Counted from the first letter of the stretch, positions 13,301-26,453 are shown. The stretch is DNA of 64,000 bases from Balanoglossus misakiensis (GCA_040954595.2 CM082591.2:11921309-11985308), one strand, 5' to 3'. Program-made: numbers and translations. Notes: generated by a model from the letters alone, not told the origin.

Positions 13301-16300
13301 CTTGATGTTAGGATTTCTTGCATTGCCAGAATGATGTGATCACCAGAATTCTCTGATGAATCAAACAATTTCAGCCTGGAGATTTCCCTGGACAGTGTCT
13401 GTGTGAGAAATGATGGCAAAATATTAATATCATTTATTAGGAAACCTGGCCAGTCACTGAGAAATCTGTCGGCCTTTACAAAGTATAGTTCATAATCTTC
13501 TCATAAAATGATAAAGTTGCCGCAAAGGTATACAGTCACCTATAATTTACATACGCCCATATATGGCTGAAATGGCGTATTTGAGCGTTCTAAAGGACAT
13601 ATGGCGGCGCTCTTTTTTTCGCGTGTGCCACCCACTGAAAATATGTGATTGGCTAGATCTCAAGTTTACCATGGTAACTGTAGTTAAATTACCATAGGTG
13701 ACAATATACCTTAACATATCATATTTCTTCTGGGAAGTGTAATTGTTTTAAGATCAAATATTACATGTACATACCAATTGTATGCCTCTCAGATATTGTC
13801 TTTCCGTTGATGCACTCACTTTGTGCTCACCAATACTGAATAGCTGTAAATATAATCAAAGGAGAAGAAATCACTCACTCATTAGCAATGATACTGCAAA
13901 AGTGGAAGTGACTGATTTTGAGTCTGAAGTTGGAAAAGAGTCCCAGTACAGTGTAGAGAGGTTTCCAGATTAGGTAGATTTTGCTGTCCAACCATTTTCA
14001 CACAACGGCCATAAAACTTAAAGAAGAACTATTAAATTACCCAACCTGATAAGTTTTGTGGTGTTTGGAAAGTCGTCCATGTCTGATGACACAAGATCAG
14101 CTTTTGATTGTAACATGAGACATGATCAGTTGTGTTTTGGTTCAAAAGAACATGACCTGGTTTAAGAAGCCTTGCAACTTCAGGTGACTACAGAAGGAGC
14201 TATACTGTGCCCATTGGCCTTGATTTGACTGAGAAACCATGATTTACTGAAAAGCCACTTGGAAAAGGGTCCACTTTATTTCTAAACCAAACTTACCTTC
14301 AGGAAGATCATCTTGGCTGACTCTTGACTATCTACAGTGACTTTTCTTGCATCCATCTTGGCTGCAACATCTTTCTTTTCATCCACCTGCATTGCCTCAC
14401 TTTTCTCCTCTTTCTTTTCCTCATCTGCAAATAAAAATTGTGTTATGTCCAGGAAATATTATTTACTTTCTGAGAAGAAACTGGAATATCTAGCTTTGCA
14501 AATCAGTTAGTGAAATAAGAGAACGCAAACAATTAATTGTCATGAAATAGTCACCTCTGTTAATATCGCGAAAAATTTCCCATCACAAAAATTACCAAGA
14601 TTACAGTAACCTAAAAATATAAAATCCTAATAATGTCCAAAGTTGAAGAATTCTATATGTATGACTTAACTTTTGAGACACTATTTCACAACACAAATAC
14701 TAGTACCTTTGTTCTCTTTATCCAGGAATGAATTTTTTTCCACCTTCTGCTCCTCTCATCTGTTAAACTTCGACTAACTGAGCCATGTATCCTTTGTCAA
14801 CCACAGCCTGTTCCATACTGTACAGATCTTGTCTGCAGGCCATGTCGAGATGCTGCAGTAGTTTGCTGTGAAAAGAAACAGAAGTGTTACATGTGTATGT
14901 GTGTTACAGGGCCAGATCACGGCACATCATGACAAAATCTTTGTGAATATGGTGCTAGCATCATGTTTATAGCAGATCATGTGTATTCATACTTGTGGGC
15001 CAAATGACCTTAATATGTGGTTTGTTGTATGACTTAATTATAACACACACACCCAGTTTTTTTAATAGTCCTGCTTGAAAGATCACAGAGTGTCTTTGGC
15101 TACTGAAAAGCACCACCACAATGAGAGATAACTCACAACACCGAAGAGTAAATCTCTAAAGTTGTAATTTAAACCAAGTATGGAAATTGGGATGTACGGT
15201 AGCTTTGATGAGGAATAATTCTAGAGTTACAACATACCTCATGCTGTTGACTGGTATACCAAAGGACTGCACAAACAAGACCAACTGAGCTGGTTCCAAG
15301 TCTTCCAAGGCTTAAAAAAATGACAAATTCAGGATGAAAACAACAAAAGTTTGGTGAGAAAAGATCCCAAGTTGAATTGACACACAGATTGGCAGATATT
15401 TCCACGAAATATCACATGTAAATGGTGCAACAACAGATTAACCGATCAGGCCATGACAAATACTGCACCTCTTCACAAAAACTGCTGGGTTGCAATTTAT
15501 AGCATAAAATTACTGTAAAACAGGAAATTTTTGTGATATCACAAGAGAGCTGACTATTCCATTGCTCACATTGTTTCTTTGCGGCCATATATTTTCACGT
15601 TTTTTTGCTCTCACGAAATTCGCAAAAATTTCCCCTTTTACAATAGTATGGTTGGATCTATACAATGTATACATTGAATGGGGATGAACACTGGACAGTG
15701 GAGCATTCTATATTAAAATTTGGGAAAACATTGAAGCCATATTAAGGTCATACTTGATTAAGCTGAAAGTCGGCACAGAATAAATTTGAAATTCAATTGG
15801 CTACAAAAATTGACTTTTCTGCCATTCTGAGATCTCCATGCTGAGCTCAATTATGTTGCTGCTTCATATAGTGGTCAGCAATAAAAACTTACTACTGTTA
15901 CAGTGGTTATACATGTAACTCTTATTAAATGTTTTTTTTTCTTGTTTTATCATGAAATCTGACAATATCACGAAATCTGACTGTGGGTGGCACGACAGAA
16001 TAAAACTGGTTTTCGTCTCAACTTTTGTACATGTAGTGACACAATGAAAGAATGACAGAGAAACTGCTAACAGACAGATTATTATATATTTTTTTACCTT
16101 TTCATGTCACTTTTATAAAACACTGCATGGCAACAAATGTGAACCATGAACAATTTGCAAGACAATGAACTAGAAGTTGAACGAGATTTGAAGACCTGCT
16201 CTGGAAGTAATTGATTGACACTCACCCATGAGTAAGATTCCGCATGGGGCTGTGTGGCTTTCTTCAAGTAATTGTAGAATATATGTAACATGGATGTCAG

Positions 16301-18713
16301 TGTACATAGTGTTGGTCTGGTCGGCACTGGTGTCTCTACACAGCATGGAGCTGAGTATGGTGGGCCTTTCTACAATCAACTGAGCTAAATGTGACAATGT
16401 GTAATTAAAGAGAAATATACAGTCAGTGGAGTAAAGGGTATAACACAATCATACTGATGGAATTCTCACTACCTGAAATAGGTTTTTGCTACCTAGGTGA
16501 GTGATGAATAAAGGTCTAATGTCCTCTCTGATATAACATACCAGTGTATGGTAAATGTCTTTCAGAGATCTACACATTAAAGGGACAAACTCTCTACAGT
16601 TAATTCATTTTGGGGAGATTTTTACTCTCATATCCTACAAACGGGATGGAAGTTGTGTGTGGTCGAACATTGATTCACTATATATCCACATGTAGAATAA
16701 CATAAATGGTGTCTTGTATCAAACATAATGTATGGAAAAAGGGCAGCGAGAGAGAGACTTTGTCCCTTTAAATATCATAGCTGGCATACAGTTATAAATA
16801 TGCATTTTTTTATTTATGTCTTGCAAGTACAAAACTGTTCTTTATTAAAAAGAAATACAGACAAGGTGATCCCAGGAACATAAAACCCAAAACTCAAAGC
16901 TACCAGACAGATGAGTCTTGAGATAAACTTGGACTTACTTGTCAATCAATCTGGACTGCTCTTGTAACAACAACTCACTCAATGCTTCACTGGTGCTGGA
17001 TGATTTTGTTGGCACTTGCATAGCAACAGATAAGGCTTTATTCAGAAACTCTTCTAGTTGGCTGGAATTGGCGCCTGTCAGCTGGTGATACACTGCATAT
17101 GGTGCAAAGTCAAACAAAATTCACCCAATCATAAAATGTATCATTAACATGATCATACCATAAAAAATGTGAATGAATTACAATTATAGCGTGCGCATAT
17201 TGAATCATACGAAATCACACCAAATAACGCGAGACTTAGAAATAACATTACATGTGTATGGTGCCACTTAAACGACACCATTTATTCTTTTTGAGCCTAA
17301 ATCATGTTTAACCACAACTAGACAACCACAATGACCTTGTGAGAATGAAACCCACCAATAAATACATGTAGATAATCTGAAGCTATCACAGAAACAGAAT
17401 GTCTTTGACAAAGTATTGCAAAGCCTTCAGTTGACCGCGAAAAAGTTGACGAAGCATGCATGTGGAAAGTGGAGTGTTGACAACAATGTGAATATATGCA
17501 CGATAGCTTGCTGCGCTCGCACTCAGGTCAAACCTGTTACATATTACCAAAAATGTGGATCTATATAATTAACATTGGGTCCGTTCCTTCTTATCCCACT
17601 CGTGTTTCTGTTTGTTTGGTGAGAATATCTAATAGGTTAGCCCCTTTCACTCCCAGTTCCTTCTTTAGAGGTCCAACCTTACCATAGAAAACGATGGGTT
17701 TGGACTGGAACATGGCGGTGAAAGGGTTCAGGTGCTTGAGGGAGTGTTAAAAATGCAGACTTTACCTTTCTATAACATGTCTCTATCTACAGCCATCCGT
17801 CCCTCAGTGACGGCTTCAATGATTTCACTCACTTCATCCAAGTTGCCACCACTGGCTTTGATGGGACTTTTCTCACTGCTCAGGGATTTTGCTGGAAGGA
17901 AGGACGTAAGACTGGAATTAAGGCATACGTCCCTACATAAAGGGAGGACATTTGGACATGATACCACAAATGGTTAATGGAGTTTCTGGGAAGGTTTTCA
18001 AATTCCAGGAATTTCCAGGAGTGTACGAATCCAGTTAAGAATTCTTTATGTCATGTGATCTGGCCATGTGACCTGCAGCATTGTCATTTCCAAGTGACGG
18101 CAAACAACATAGTGGCATCCAGTAAAAGTTTTCTACGTATGTAAGTACTTGAGAACCGCCAGACATGTAACATGTATCAGGTATAGTACCTCATCAGCCT
18201 CATGGCATTTTGTCTGCACAGTCTTTGTCTGCACCACGTTGCTGAAGTTGCCTGTCATCTGGAAAATTGAATGCCAACGTATTTGCGCTTGAGCGCGTCT
18301 GGCGTCTTTTGATATCAAAGAATAAATGCATTGTACAAACTTGAAACTATGTAGAATTTTTCTATTTATCCTGTGTGATATAGTGAAAACGCTCAAGTTA
18401 CAGTTTGTGTATAGTTTTGAGAATTATTTCACTGCTTGAGGTAAGTGAAATAAACAGCTCACCTTGTTGTCTGTTGACTTTTTCATACTAGTTGAGAAGT
18501 TTTGTAAACACACTGTTTTCAGACTTTGATGAACTCAAAATTGCAAACTCTAGCTGGACAAATCTCATCATATCTTCCTTCTTTTCAAGATGTTTCTAAA
18601 TGATATAAAGAAGAACATTCAAAGATTTAAAGAAGAATTGCAAAGTAACTGAACACCCACTAATTTGACTTGGAAATGCAAAATGTAGACAGTAATGTAC
18701 CACCAAAGTCTTA

Positions 18714-19245
18714 GGGAAGAAGTCCATTTCAAGTAGGCGGTAAGGCACGCGGTTCCCCCCCCCCCCTAGTACACTGGCGGTACAGGCGGGAAAGCGATTA
18801 GCAGCGTTTAATGAACTTGCATGCATAATGTATCCCGCCCGGATACCGCGCTGATTAGCACCTCGTTAGTGTACTGTTGTGTTGTAGGCGTCTGATTTTG
18901 CTGACAGTCTTCAGCGTGTACTCATATGGGTGAAAGGAGAGTGAGAATTGTGCATGATTATGTCAGTTTTGAACTTTCATGTCTGTTTTGGACTGAGAGC
19001 TGTTGAATGAGAGAGAGAGAGGGAGAGAGAGATCGCGCTCGCACAATCAGGGGGTCACGCAGACGTAATCTTTTCATTGGCGTGATACTGATATCACCAC
19101 GTAACTTGCAATTCCCAAGAGTGCGACTGTACGTACGTAAACTGTATCAAATTCAACTCATTCACGTCATATGAGAGGAGGTATACCGTGCGAATGCGAG
19201 CGCTGGGGGAACCGGGTACCGCCTACTTGAAATGGACCTCTTCCC
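18714..19245. mobile_element. PIF/Harbinger (Tourist-like) MITE, 532 bp; left-truncated copies at ~5645-5955 and ~12607-12917
   Basis: TIRs gggaagaagtccatttcaagtaggcggta / taccgcctacttgaaatggacctcttccc (1 mismatch), flanked by a TTA target-site duplication (18711-13, 19246-48). Confidence 0.85.
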
Positions 19246-21143
19246 TTAGTGAAGTCAAATAATCATAATTATCTATCATGTAAGAAGTCAAAAATGTAAG
19301 AGAATGTTTTAATAAATATGTCAACTTATTATTTATATTCCCCTGTATATATTCCCCTGTAAATGTCTCATAATTTGAGGAATAATATTTTGGAAGCTGA
19401 ACGGAAGTTGCAACTCAAATCAAATTTCAACTTCTCCAATATATGGAATAACACTATAAGCCTACTGACTTGAGAAACTCAAATTGAATTTCAAATTCTC
19501 GAACAAACGAAAATATGTTGAATGTAAGTAATCTTACTATAAAATTGACATGCAATTACCTGTCGTTGGTGAAGCAAACTGAACAATGGACATGACAAAT
19601 GATGTTTTCTGTAGAGATTATAAATAATCTGACTCTCATCACTTGATGTTAGGATTTCTTGCATTGCCAGAATGATGTGATCACCAGAATTCTCTGATGA
19701 ATCAAACAATTTCAGCCTGGACATTTCCCTGGACAGTGTCTGTGTGAGAAATGATGGCAAAATATTAATATCATTTGTTAGGAAACCTGGCCAGTCACTG
19801 AGAAATCTGTCGGCCTTTACAAAGTATAGTTCATAATCTTCTCATAAAATGATAAAGTTGCCGCAAAGGTATACAGTCACCCACAATTTACATACGCCCA
19901 TATATGGCTGAAATGGCGTATTTGAGCGTTCTAAAGAACATATGGCGGCGCTCTTTTTTTCGCGTGTGCCACCCACTGAAAATCTGTGATTGGCTAGATC
20001 TCAAGTTTACCATGGTAACTGTAGTTAAATTTCCATAGGTGACAATATACCTTAACATATCATATTTCTTCTGGGAAGTGTAATTGTTTTAAGATCAAAT
20101 ATTACATGTACATACCAATTGTATGCCTCTCAGATATTGTCTTTCCGTTGATGCACTCACTTTGTGCTCACCAATACTGAATAGCTGTAAATATAATCAA
20201 AGGAGAAGAAATCACTCACTCATTAGCAATGATACTGCAAAAGTGGAAGTGACTGATTTTGAGTCTGAAGTTGGAAAAGAGTCCCAGTACAGTGTAGAGA
20301 GGTTTCCAGATTAGGTAGATTTTGCTGTCCAACCATTTTCACACAACGGCCATAAAACTTATGTTAAGAAGAACTATTAAATTACCCAGCCTGATAAGTT
20401 TTGTGGTGTTTGGAAAGTCGTCCATGTCTGATGACACAAGATCAGCTTTTGATTGTAACATGAGACATGATCAGTTGTGTTTTGGTTCAAAAGAACATGA
20501 CCTGGTTTAAGAAGCCTTGCAACTTCAGGTGACTACAGAAGGAGCTATACTGTGCCCATTGGCCTTGATTTGACTGAGAAACCATGATTTACTGAAAAGC
20601 CACTTGGAAAAGGGTCCACTTTATTTCTAAACCAAACTTACCTTCAGTAAGATCATCTTGGCTGACTCTTGACTATCTACAGTGACTTTTCTTGCATCCA
20701 TCTTGGCTGCAACATCTTTCTTTTCATCCATCTGCATTGCCTCACTTTTCTCCTCTTTCTTTTCCTCATCTGCAAATAAAAATTGTGTTATGTCCAGGAA
20801 ATATTATTTACTTTCTGAGAAGAAACTGGAATATCTAGCTTTGCAAATCAGTTAGTGAAATAAGAGAACGCAAACAATTAATTGTCATGAAATAGTCACC
20901 TCTGTTAATATCGCGAAAAATTTCCCATCACAAAAATTACCAAGATTACAGTAACCTCACATTGTTTCTTTGCGACCATTTATTTTCACGTTTTTTGGCT
21001 CTCATGAAATTCGCAAAAATTTCCCCTTTTACAGTTGCACTGCATCAGTGGGGCATTATATTTGACTCTGAGAGGGTGCAATACTGTCAATCTATAAATC
21101 TAAATCACAAAGTAACTGACACCTTATTGTTATAGCAACCTAC

Positions 21144-21302
21144 CAGCATCCACAAGTCAGGGAACATTGGAGCGGATCATTCTCAGCCTCAACCAATCAG
21201 GCAAGAGGAGAGCTTCTTCTGACGTGTCCACCAGAAATGCTGAAGGACGCGGTGAGTTGTCTAGAAACCAGGCACTCAGCAAATAATCAAAGGAACTATC
21301 TC
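21144..21302 (-). pseudogene. INTS1: INTS1 exon DSSFDYLLSAWFLDNSPRPSAFLVDTSEEALLLPDWLRLRMIRSNVP*LVDA (only in copy A; TGA at 21157-21159)
   Basis: 159 bp, ttttgcag| acceptor and |gtaggt donor; near-identical to INTS1 AFLVDTSEEALLLPDWLKLRMIRSEVLRLVDA, with TGA at the Arg position. Confidence 0.93.
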
Positions 21303-21752
21303 CTGCAAAATAAAGAGAGCGTCAAATTAAAGGTTGACGATTGTCTTATGCGCATGTGCAAAATTTCATGTGCACAAACATGTCCAATCCAAATGTTCTG
21401 CAAATTTTATGTTTGACGCATTAAAATAGAGCACTGCCTTCGCTTCTTTCCATATTTCACGACCATACAACTCATCCATTTGTAGAAATTCAGTGAATGT
21501 TGGAATTTACACAACTTGGTTTGTTCTGGCTATTATTATTAGTACATGTAGTAAATATCTGTAAACATGGAAACCCATGTACTGGTAATTCAATATGATA
21601 CATAACAACGATAGTGCACCCATAAATTGTTCATTGTGTGACAGCTGGAAGAAAAGTCAACAAACTGTCAATTCTAATGAAATACAATCAAGTCGCAGCT
21701 CAAAGTAGCAGCAACGAACCATTTAAGGCTTAAAAACCATTTGCATACATAC

Positions 21753-21864
21753 GTGGAGGTTTTCCAAAGGTTAGCAGAATGACCATAGCGTGTACCACTA
21801 AGATATGCATGGTGGCCACTTCACCACTCTGCCATTGGATGAACACTTGGTCTTCAGTGTCAGA
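21753..21864 (-). pseudogene. INTS1: INTS1 exon SDTEDQVFIQWQSGEVATMHILVVHAMVILLTFGKPP (only in copy A)
   Basis: 112 bp with GT-AG; matches INTS1 SESQDQVFLRWSSGETATMHILVVHAMVILLTLGPP. Confidence 0.93.
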
Positions 21865-23458
21865 CTGTGGGAGAAGATGGCCATTTCACTATCAGTTACA
21901 CCAAAAATACAACTAATAATATGTCTGCGACTGATCATTAGGTATGTTGAACTTTAACATTTCACCCGCATATTTTGGTCCAGTCCAATTATTTTCAATA
22001 GTATGGTTGGATCTATACAATGTATACATTGAATGGGGATGAACACTGGACAGTGGAGCATTCTATATTAAAATTTGGGAAAACATTGAAGCCATATTAA
22101 GGTCATACTTGATTAAGCTGAAAGTCGGCACAGAATAAATTTGAAATTCAATTGGCTACAAAAATTGACTTTTCTGCCATTCTGAGATCTCCATGCTGAG
22201 CTCAATTATGTTGCTGCTTCATATAGTGGTCAGCAATAAAAACTTACTACTGTTACAGTGGTTATACATGTAACTCTTATTAAATGTTTTTTTTTTCTTG
22301 TTTTATCATGAAATCTGACAATATCACGAAATCTGACTGTGGGTGGCACGACAGAATAAAACTGGTTTTCGTCTCAACTTTTGTACATGTAGTGACACAA
22401 TGAAAGAATGACAGAGAAACTGCTAACAGACAGATTATTATATATTTTTTTACCTTTTCATGTCACTTTTATAAAACACTGCATGGCAACAAATGTGAAC
22501 CATGAACAATTTGCAAGACAATGAACTAGAAGTTGAACGAGATTTGAAGACCTGCTCTGGAAGTAATTGATTGACACTCACCATGAGTAAGATTCCGCAT
22601 GGGGCTGTGTGGCTTTCTTCAAGTAATTGTAGAATATATGTAACATGGATGTCAGTGTAGTGTTGGTCTGGTCGGCACTGGTGTCTCTGCACAGCATGGA
22701 GCTGAGTATGGTGGGCCTTTCTACAATCAACTGAGCTAAATCCTAGAATCAGAAAGGTAGCAGTGAAGTAAAATCAAATATGTTTGTCAAAACAACAACA
22801 ATAACAACACACATAATCATTTGTGAGCTGCAAACCAACCACCATCATTTGTGCTAAGGTAGAAATGACACAAAAATTATGCATGCAAAAGGAAAATTGA
22901 AGCATATTCAAATAAAAATCACTTGGTTCATGCTTAGAACTTTCTATATAAACTTACTCTTTTTTTTTGCACATACTCCAATGAAAATACTGTTTGATAT
23001 ATAGATCACAGACTTTTGCATTTTCAACTGTTTTTGTTCTAATACTATTTGTGTGTAGCCCTCACCCAGAACCTGTATGTATGTTTCACAATCATATGTC
23101 TTTATTTGTTTCTACCAGAGGTCTCCACGACTCATACTGGAAATACACAAATCATCATCTTACCAATGCAAGGTCGGCCATTTCATGAAGCTGATTGGTC
23201 GAAGAATATTTGGAGAGGAACATGATGTACGCACTGATGGTGAGTGGCTCTGTTTCCATCTGGCAAGCCTGTGGTAATAATCACATGGTTCTCTAGAAGT
23301 CAGTCTCGGTTGGCCAACTTACCAGGAAAATCATGCTATTAATCAATAATTAGCATGTAACATGAAAACCATTTTACACCCTAATTACTTCAACATTCTG
23401 TACGTAGTAGATGCTGGAACTAGCAATGACAGAAGCACAAACATGCATAGACAAAATG

Positions 23459-23947
23459 CAGTGTTGCCGCCAGACTGTTTTTGCGTCATTTGACGCACAT
23501 TTTTACATTTTGTATAGAGTCATCAGTGACGCACTCTGAGCGCTCTCTGAGCGCTTGCTTTGAACTGACCTCGCTACAGCAACGGCCGGACACGACCTGA
23601 TCTACGTAAATAAAAGTGTATTTGCATGCGACTTTGCAACTCAAAATGTTGCAACTTGTACGTTTTGGGCACTAAAAATAAAATCAGCGTCGGAGCTAGC
23701 TCTGCGTGGCTGGGCTGTGTTGTTACCGCGAGCCCTCCACCCACAGCCCTGCAAAGCTCCATAGACAAAACTGGCGAAACTTCGCGGATTTGTATCGGAA
23801 GGGTCTCCTTACCAAAAACTGCCGATTTCGAACTCAAAACGTGCTTCGATCTTCGTCACTGGCCTCGAGTACTCCAGTCGCTAGCAATTTGAGCTAAAAT
23901 CTACCTGATTGCTTGCGTTAAGACCCATTTTCGATGTTTATGCGAGA
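23459..23947 (+). mobile_element. Probable orphan end of a hAT-like DNA transposon separating arrays 1 and 2
   Basis: Begins cagtgttgccgccag, a hAT-like terminus, with subterminal tgcgtca/tgacgcac motifs and a CpG-richer composition than its flanks. No partner TIR or TSD found. Confidence 0.45.
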
Positions 23948-24964
23948 AGCCACCAAACGGAATCTCTTTGAATGACAGAAACCTGTTTATGGAAAGTCTG
24001 TAAGACTTCAGTTTCTGATGTAAAAAACAAAACAAAAACATATTGTTATGGAGTGAGCTGATCCCAAGGATACAAACATGTTATTGTAGTTACATACCAG
24101 TAGTTCACAAACATAAAATATCAGAAGTTTACAAGAATTTTCTCACCAGTTTTCAAGTTTTTAAAATCAGCAATGCTGTTCTCCAGAAGTAATTGATAAA
24201 GCTTTCTATGACAAGTGACATTTAAAGACAGCACAGGTGGTAAATCAATTTTGTAGGACAAATTTCAATTTTGTAGGACAATCAAGTACTTTCCAGCAAA
24301 TTTTACAAACTCAAGAAATTCCAAGAAATGTTGAAACCCTGAGATCAGGATTTGGGAAGTTACAGAATTTTCGTTTGCTATACAATGCAGTTTTAATTCT
24401 TTTGCAAAGGAAATGTAGGGCCCGCAGCAATAATTTTGATAAAATTTACCATGTGCCAAACCAGAGACTATGGTTACAATAATTGTATATAGTCAGTGCC
24501 ATAAGGCAGTATGCTGTCCTAACAACGGACAAGATGGTGGCAACCATAGTCTCTGTCGGAGATCAGGAAAAGAGAACAAATAATGGGTGAAAAGACAGGA
24601 CAAAACTAAAGTCTGATTATACGCTGTGCATAAAATATGGAAGGAAGCAAAGGCAGTCCACTATTTTGAATGTGTCAAATGCAAAATTTGCTGAACATTT
24701 GGATTGGACGTAATGTTTGTACACACGATATTGCACCCATTCTAAAATTGTTGGATCAACTTTTATTTTGTAATTTCTCAAAATACCGAATGATAGGATT
24801 TAAAGGCTGCATATCGTTTATTATGTACGTCTGTAAACTTGAGTGATTTTCTATCTCAGGAAGTTGGTAATCGGAAAATATTTCTGTCAACATTTGAATA
24901 TTGGTCAGTTGACTCAAAATAAAAATATTGAGGTGATATGCACAGTGGTTTTCACGTTTTTGAT

Positions 24965-25047
24965 GTGGACGGACGGACAGACATACATCCATACATAGAT
25001 AGATACAGATGCAACCAATCCTATAAGGTCCCAATGGGACCTAAAAA
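24965..25047. mobile_element. Terminus of a non-autonomous Helentron/HINE-like element (present in each array-2 unit)
   Basis: A (ggac)n/(gaca/cata/gata)n microsatellite is followed by the short hairpin aggtccca-a-tgggacct and an A-run, the layout typical of invertebrate HINE/DINE-like elements. Confidence 0.5.
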
Positions 25048-25104
25048 GCCACAATGCTCAATTTGAGTCTTTGGCTTTCAACAGCTGTAAGCTGACATTT
25101 TTAC

Positions 25105-26453
25105 CTGACGTTGGATGACATCCAGGAGGAAGTCTGGTCCTCAGCTTCTGCACAGCAAATGACCGATCTTCAAGGTTTGGTTGAGATTCTTCAACTGTTC
25201 CATGACCTGTGAGGGCAGTCTTCTTGCAACACCACTGTGAGGAAGAAATCAAGGACAGGTATCAGACATTCCGGTTGCCACAATGGGGGTTTGAAAACCC
25301 AGTATATTCCAGCTGTGTTCATGTGTTGGTACTTATTTTTAAAGTCTGTTTGAACCATTGCTTTCAAAACAGTCCCTGTGCATAAATGCTCTTTTGATGG
25401 TCCTAAGACTGTCAATTTATCATACATGCAACGCCTGCATTTGCCACTGTGCTATTGTTCTAACGGTGAAGATATGAGCTTGTATTTTCACTGGTGAAAA
25501 TACAGAAACAGATTTTCACTGTGTGCCCAGAACTATTTTTGAGAATGTGCTGAATCAGTGGACTATCTCAACAGAGCGTCATGTAATATCAAAATCAGAT
25601 GCAATTTTGTTGGGTTATAGATATGTGAGGCCACATTATTTCACAAGACTTGAAACTCGTAGATTAAAATCACATCATCGGCCCACTACTGCAGTACAGC
25701 GTTAAAATTGTATAGCCAACGGATTGTACGCTTTTCAGTATGTTCAGATTGCGATCGCTCAAGAATTTCCAGCTGTAGTCCAAAAATCCACAGAATACAG
25801 AATTAGGTCTTATGATGTGCTAGGTTCCAATTTCTAGACGTGAAATCGTTTATCTGGGCGCATGTTGACTGAATAAAAAGTCAAACTTACTGTGGATCCA
25901 TTCCTGTTAACTGAGCCAGCAACAAACTAGTGCTCTCATCAATATGCATATGAGTGGAGGCTGCTGCCAAATGACTTTCAAACTCCAAGATATCTTGTTT
26001 CTCCATTTTGGCAAGCTAAATCAATAAAGGGATAAATGCAAATGATATGACAAGTGAAGTCTTGTCTGTATACAGACAGGGACACGTCTACATGTATTTA
26101 TACTGAATTCTAAGTCAAGTTCTTTGAGTACAATCCCTGACACCCTCAAAGTTCCATATACATAATAAGGCACTCACTTTGTCATACACATTTCCATCAT
26201 ACACTTCAACATCGGATACTCCTCCCATGCTTTGTGGCCTGAAAGAGAGAAATCAAATCATTTCTGTGATTTTGAAAACAAGATGTGACACTATCTACAG
26301 AATGATGTCTTAGCAATGAACATTGAATTTGATTGAATGTGAGTCCATAGTTGAAACTTACCAATGTTTGCCGGGTTAAATGCTGAAACAACAAGTAAAA
26401 GCAACCAGCCCTTCCAGTACAGGTTGGAAATTGCCAGCTGTGGTGGTTGGTAT
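25105..26453 (-). pseudogene. INTS1: Four INTS1 exons: 26362-26453 YQPPQLAISNLYWKGWLLLLVVSAFNPANIG; 26178-26238 HKAWEEYPMLKCMMEMCMT; 25891-26015 LAKMEKQDILEFESHLAAAST...LTGMDP; 25105-25234 GVARRLPSQVMEQLKNLNQTLKIGHLLCRS*GPDFLLDVIQRQ
   Basis: Canonical splice sites; match INTS1 YQPPNLAISTLYWKAWPLLLVVAAFNPENIG, AWEEYPTLKMLMEMVMT, EKQEILAFEGHLAAAST and LGHLLCRSRNPDFLLHIIQRQ; TGA at 25141-25143. Confidence 0.94.

Larger units (their letters stand above)
249..23268 (-). pseudogene. INTS1: Integrator complex subunit 1 (INTS1) central-region exons, tandemly amplified and disabled
   Basis: Spliced minus-strand exons translate to AFLVDTSEEALLLPDWLRLRMIRS, ALEDLEPAQLVLFVQSFGIPVNSMS, GEVATMHILVVHAMVILLT and GLLIDWLDLLDPEIVQSCPQLQHQLLF. 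These match recalled vertebrate INTS1 sequence, in the correct order and with GT-AG boundaries. Every copy has stops, frameshifts or missing exons. Confidence 0.93.
1..23270. repeat. Tandem segmental duplication array 1 (~6.0-7.0 kb units; in gene orientation copy A 16398-23270, B 9875-16390, C 3430-9874, D 1-3422, running off the left edge)
   Basis: Identical ORF-track entries recur at offsets 6008, 6962, 12968-12970 and 19311. The complete junction is at 9874/9875 (tggcaagcct|taggac, versus tggcaagcct|gtggt at 23270). Deleted junctions with a 7-bp filler gtgacaa lie at 3423-3429 and 16391-16397. Confidence 0.97.

Noticed and set aside
21157-25143. In-frame TGA as selenocysteine or readthrough
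   Set aside because: The positions correspond to Arg, and other frameshifts and TAG stops disable the same copies.
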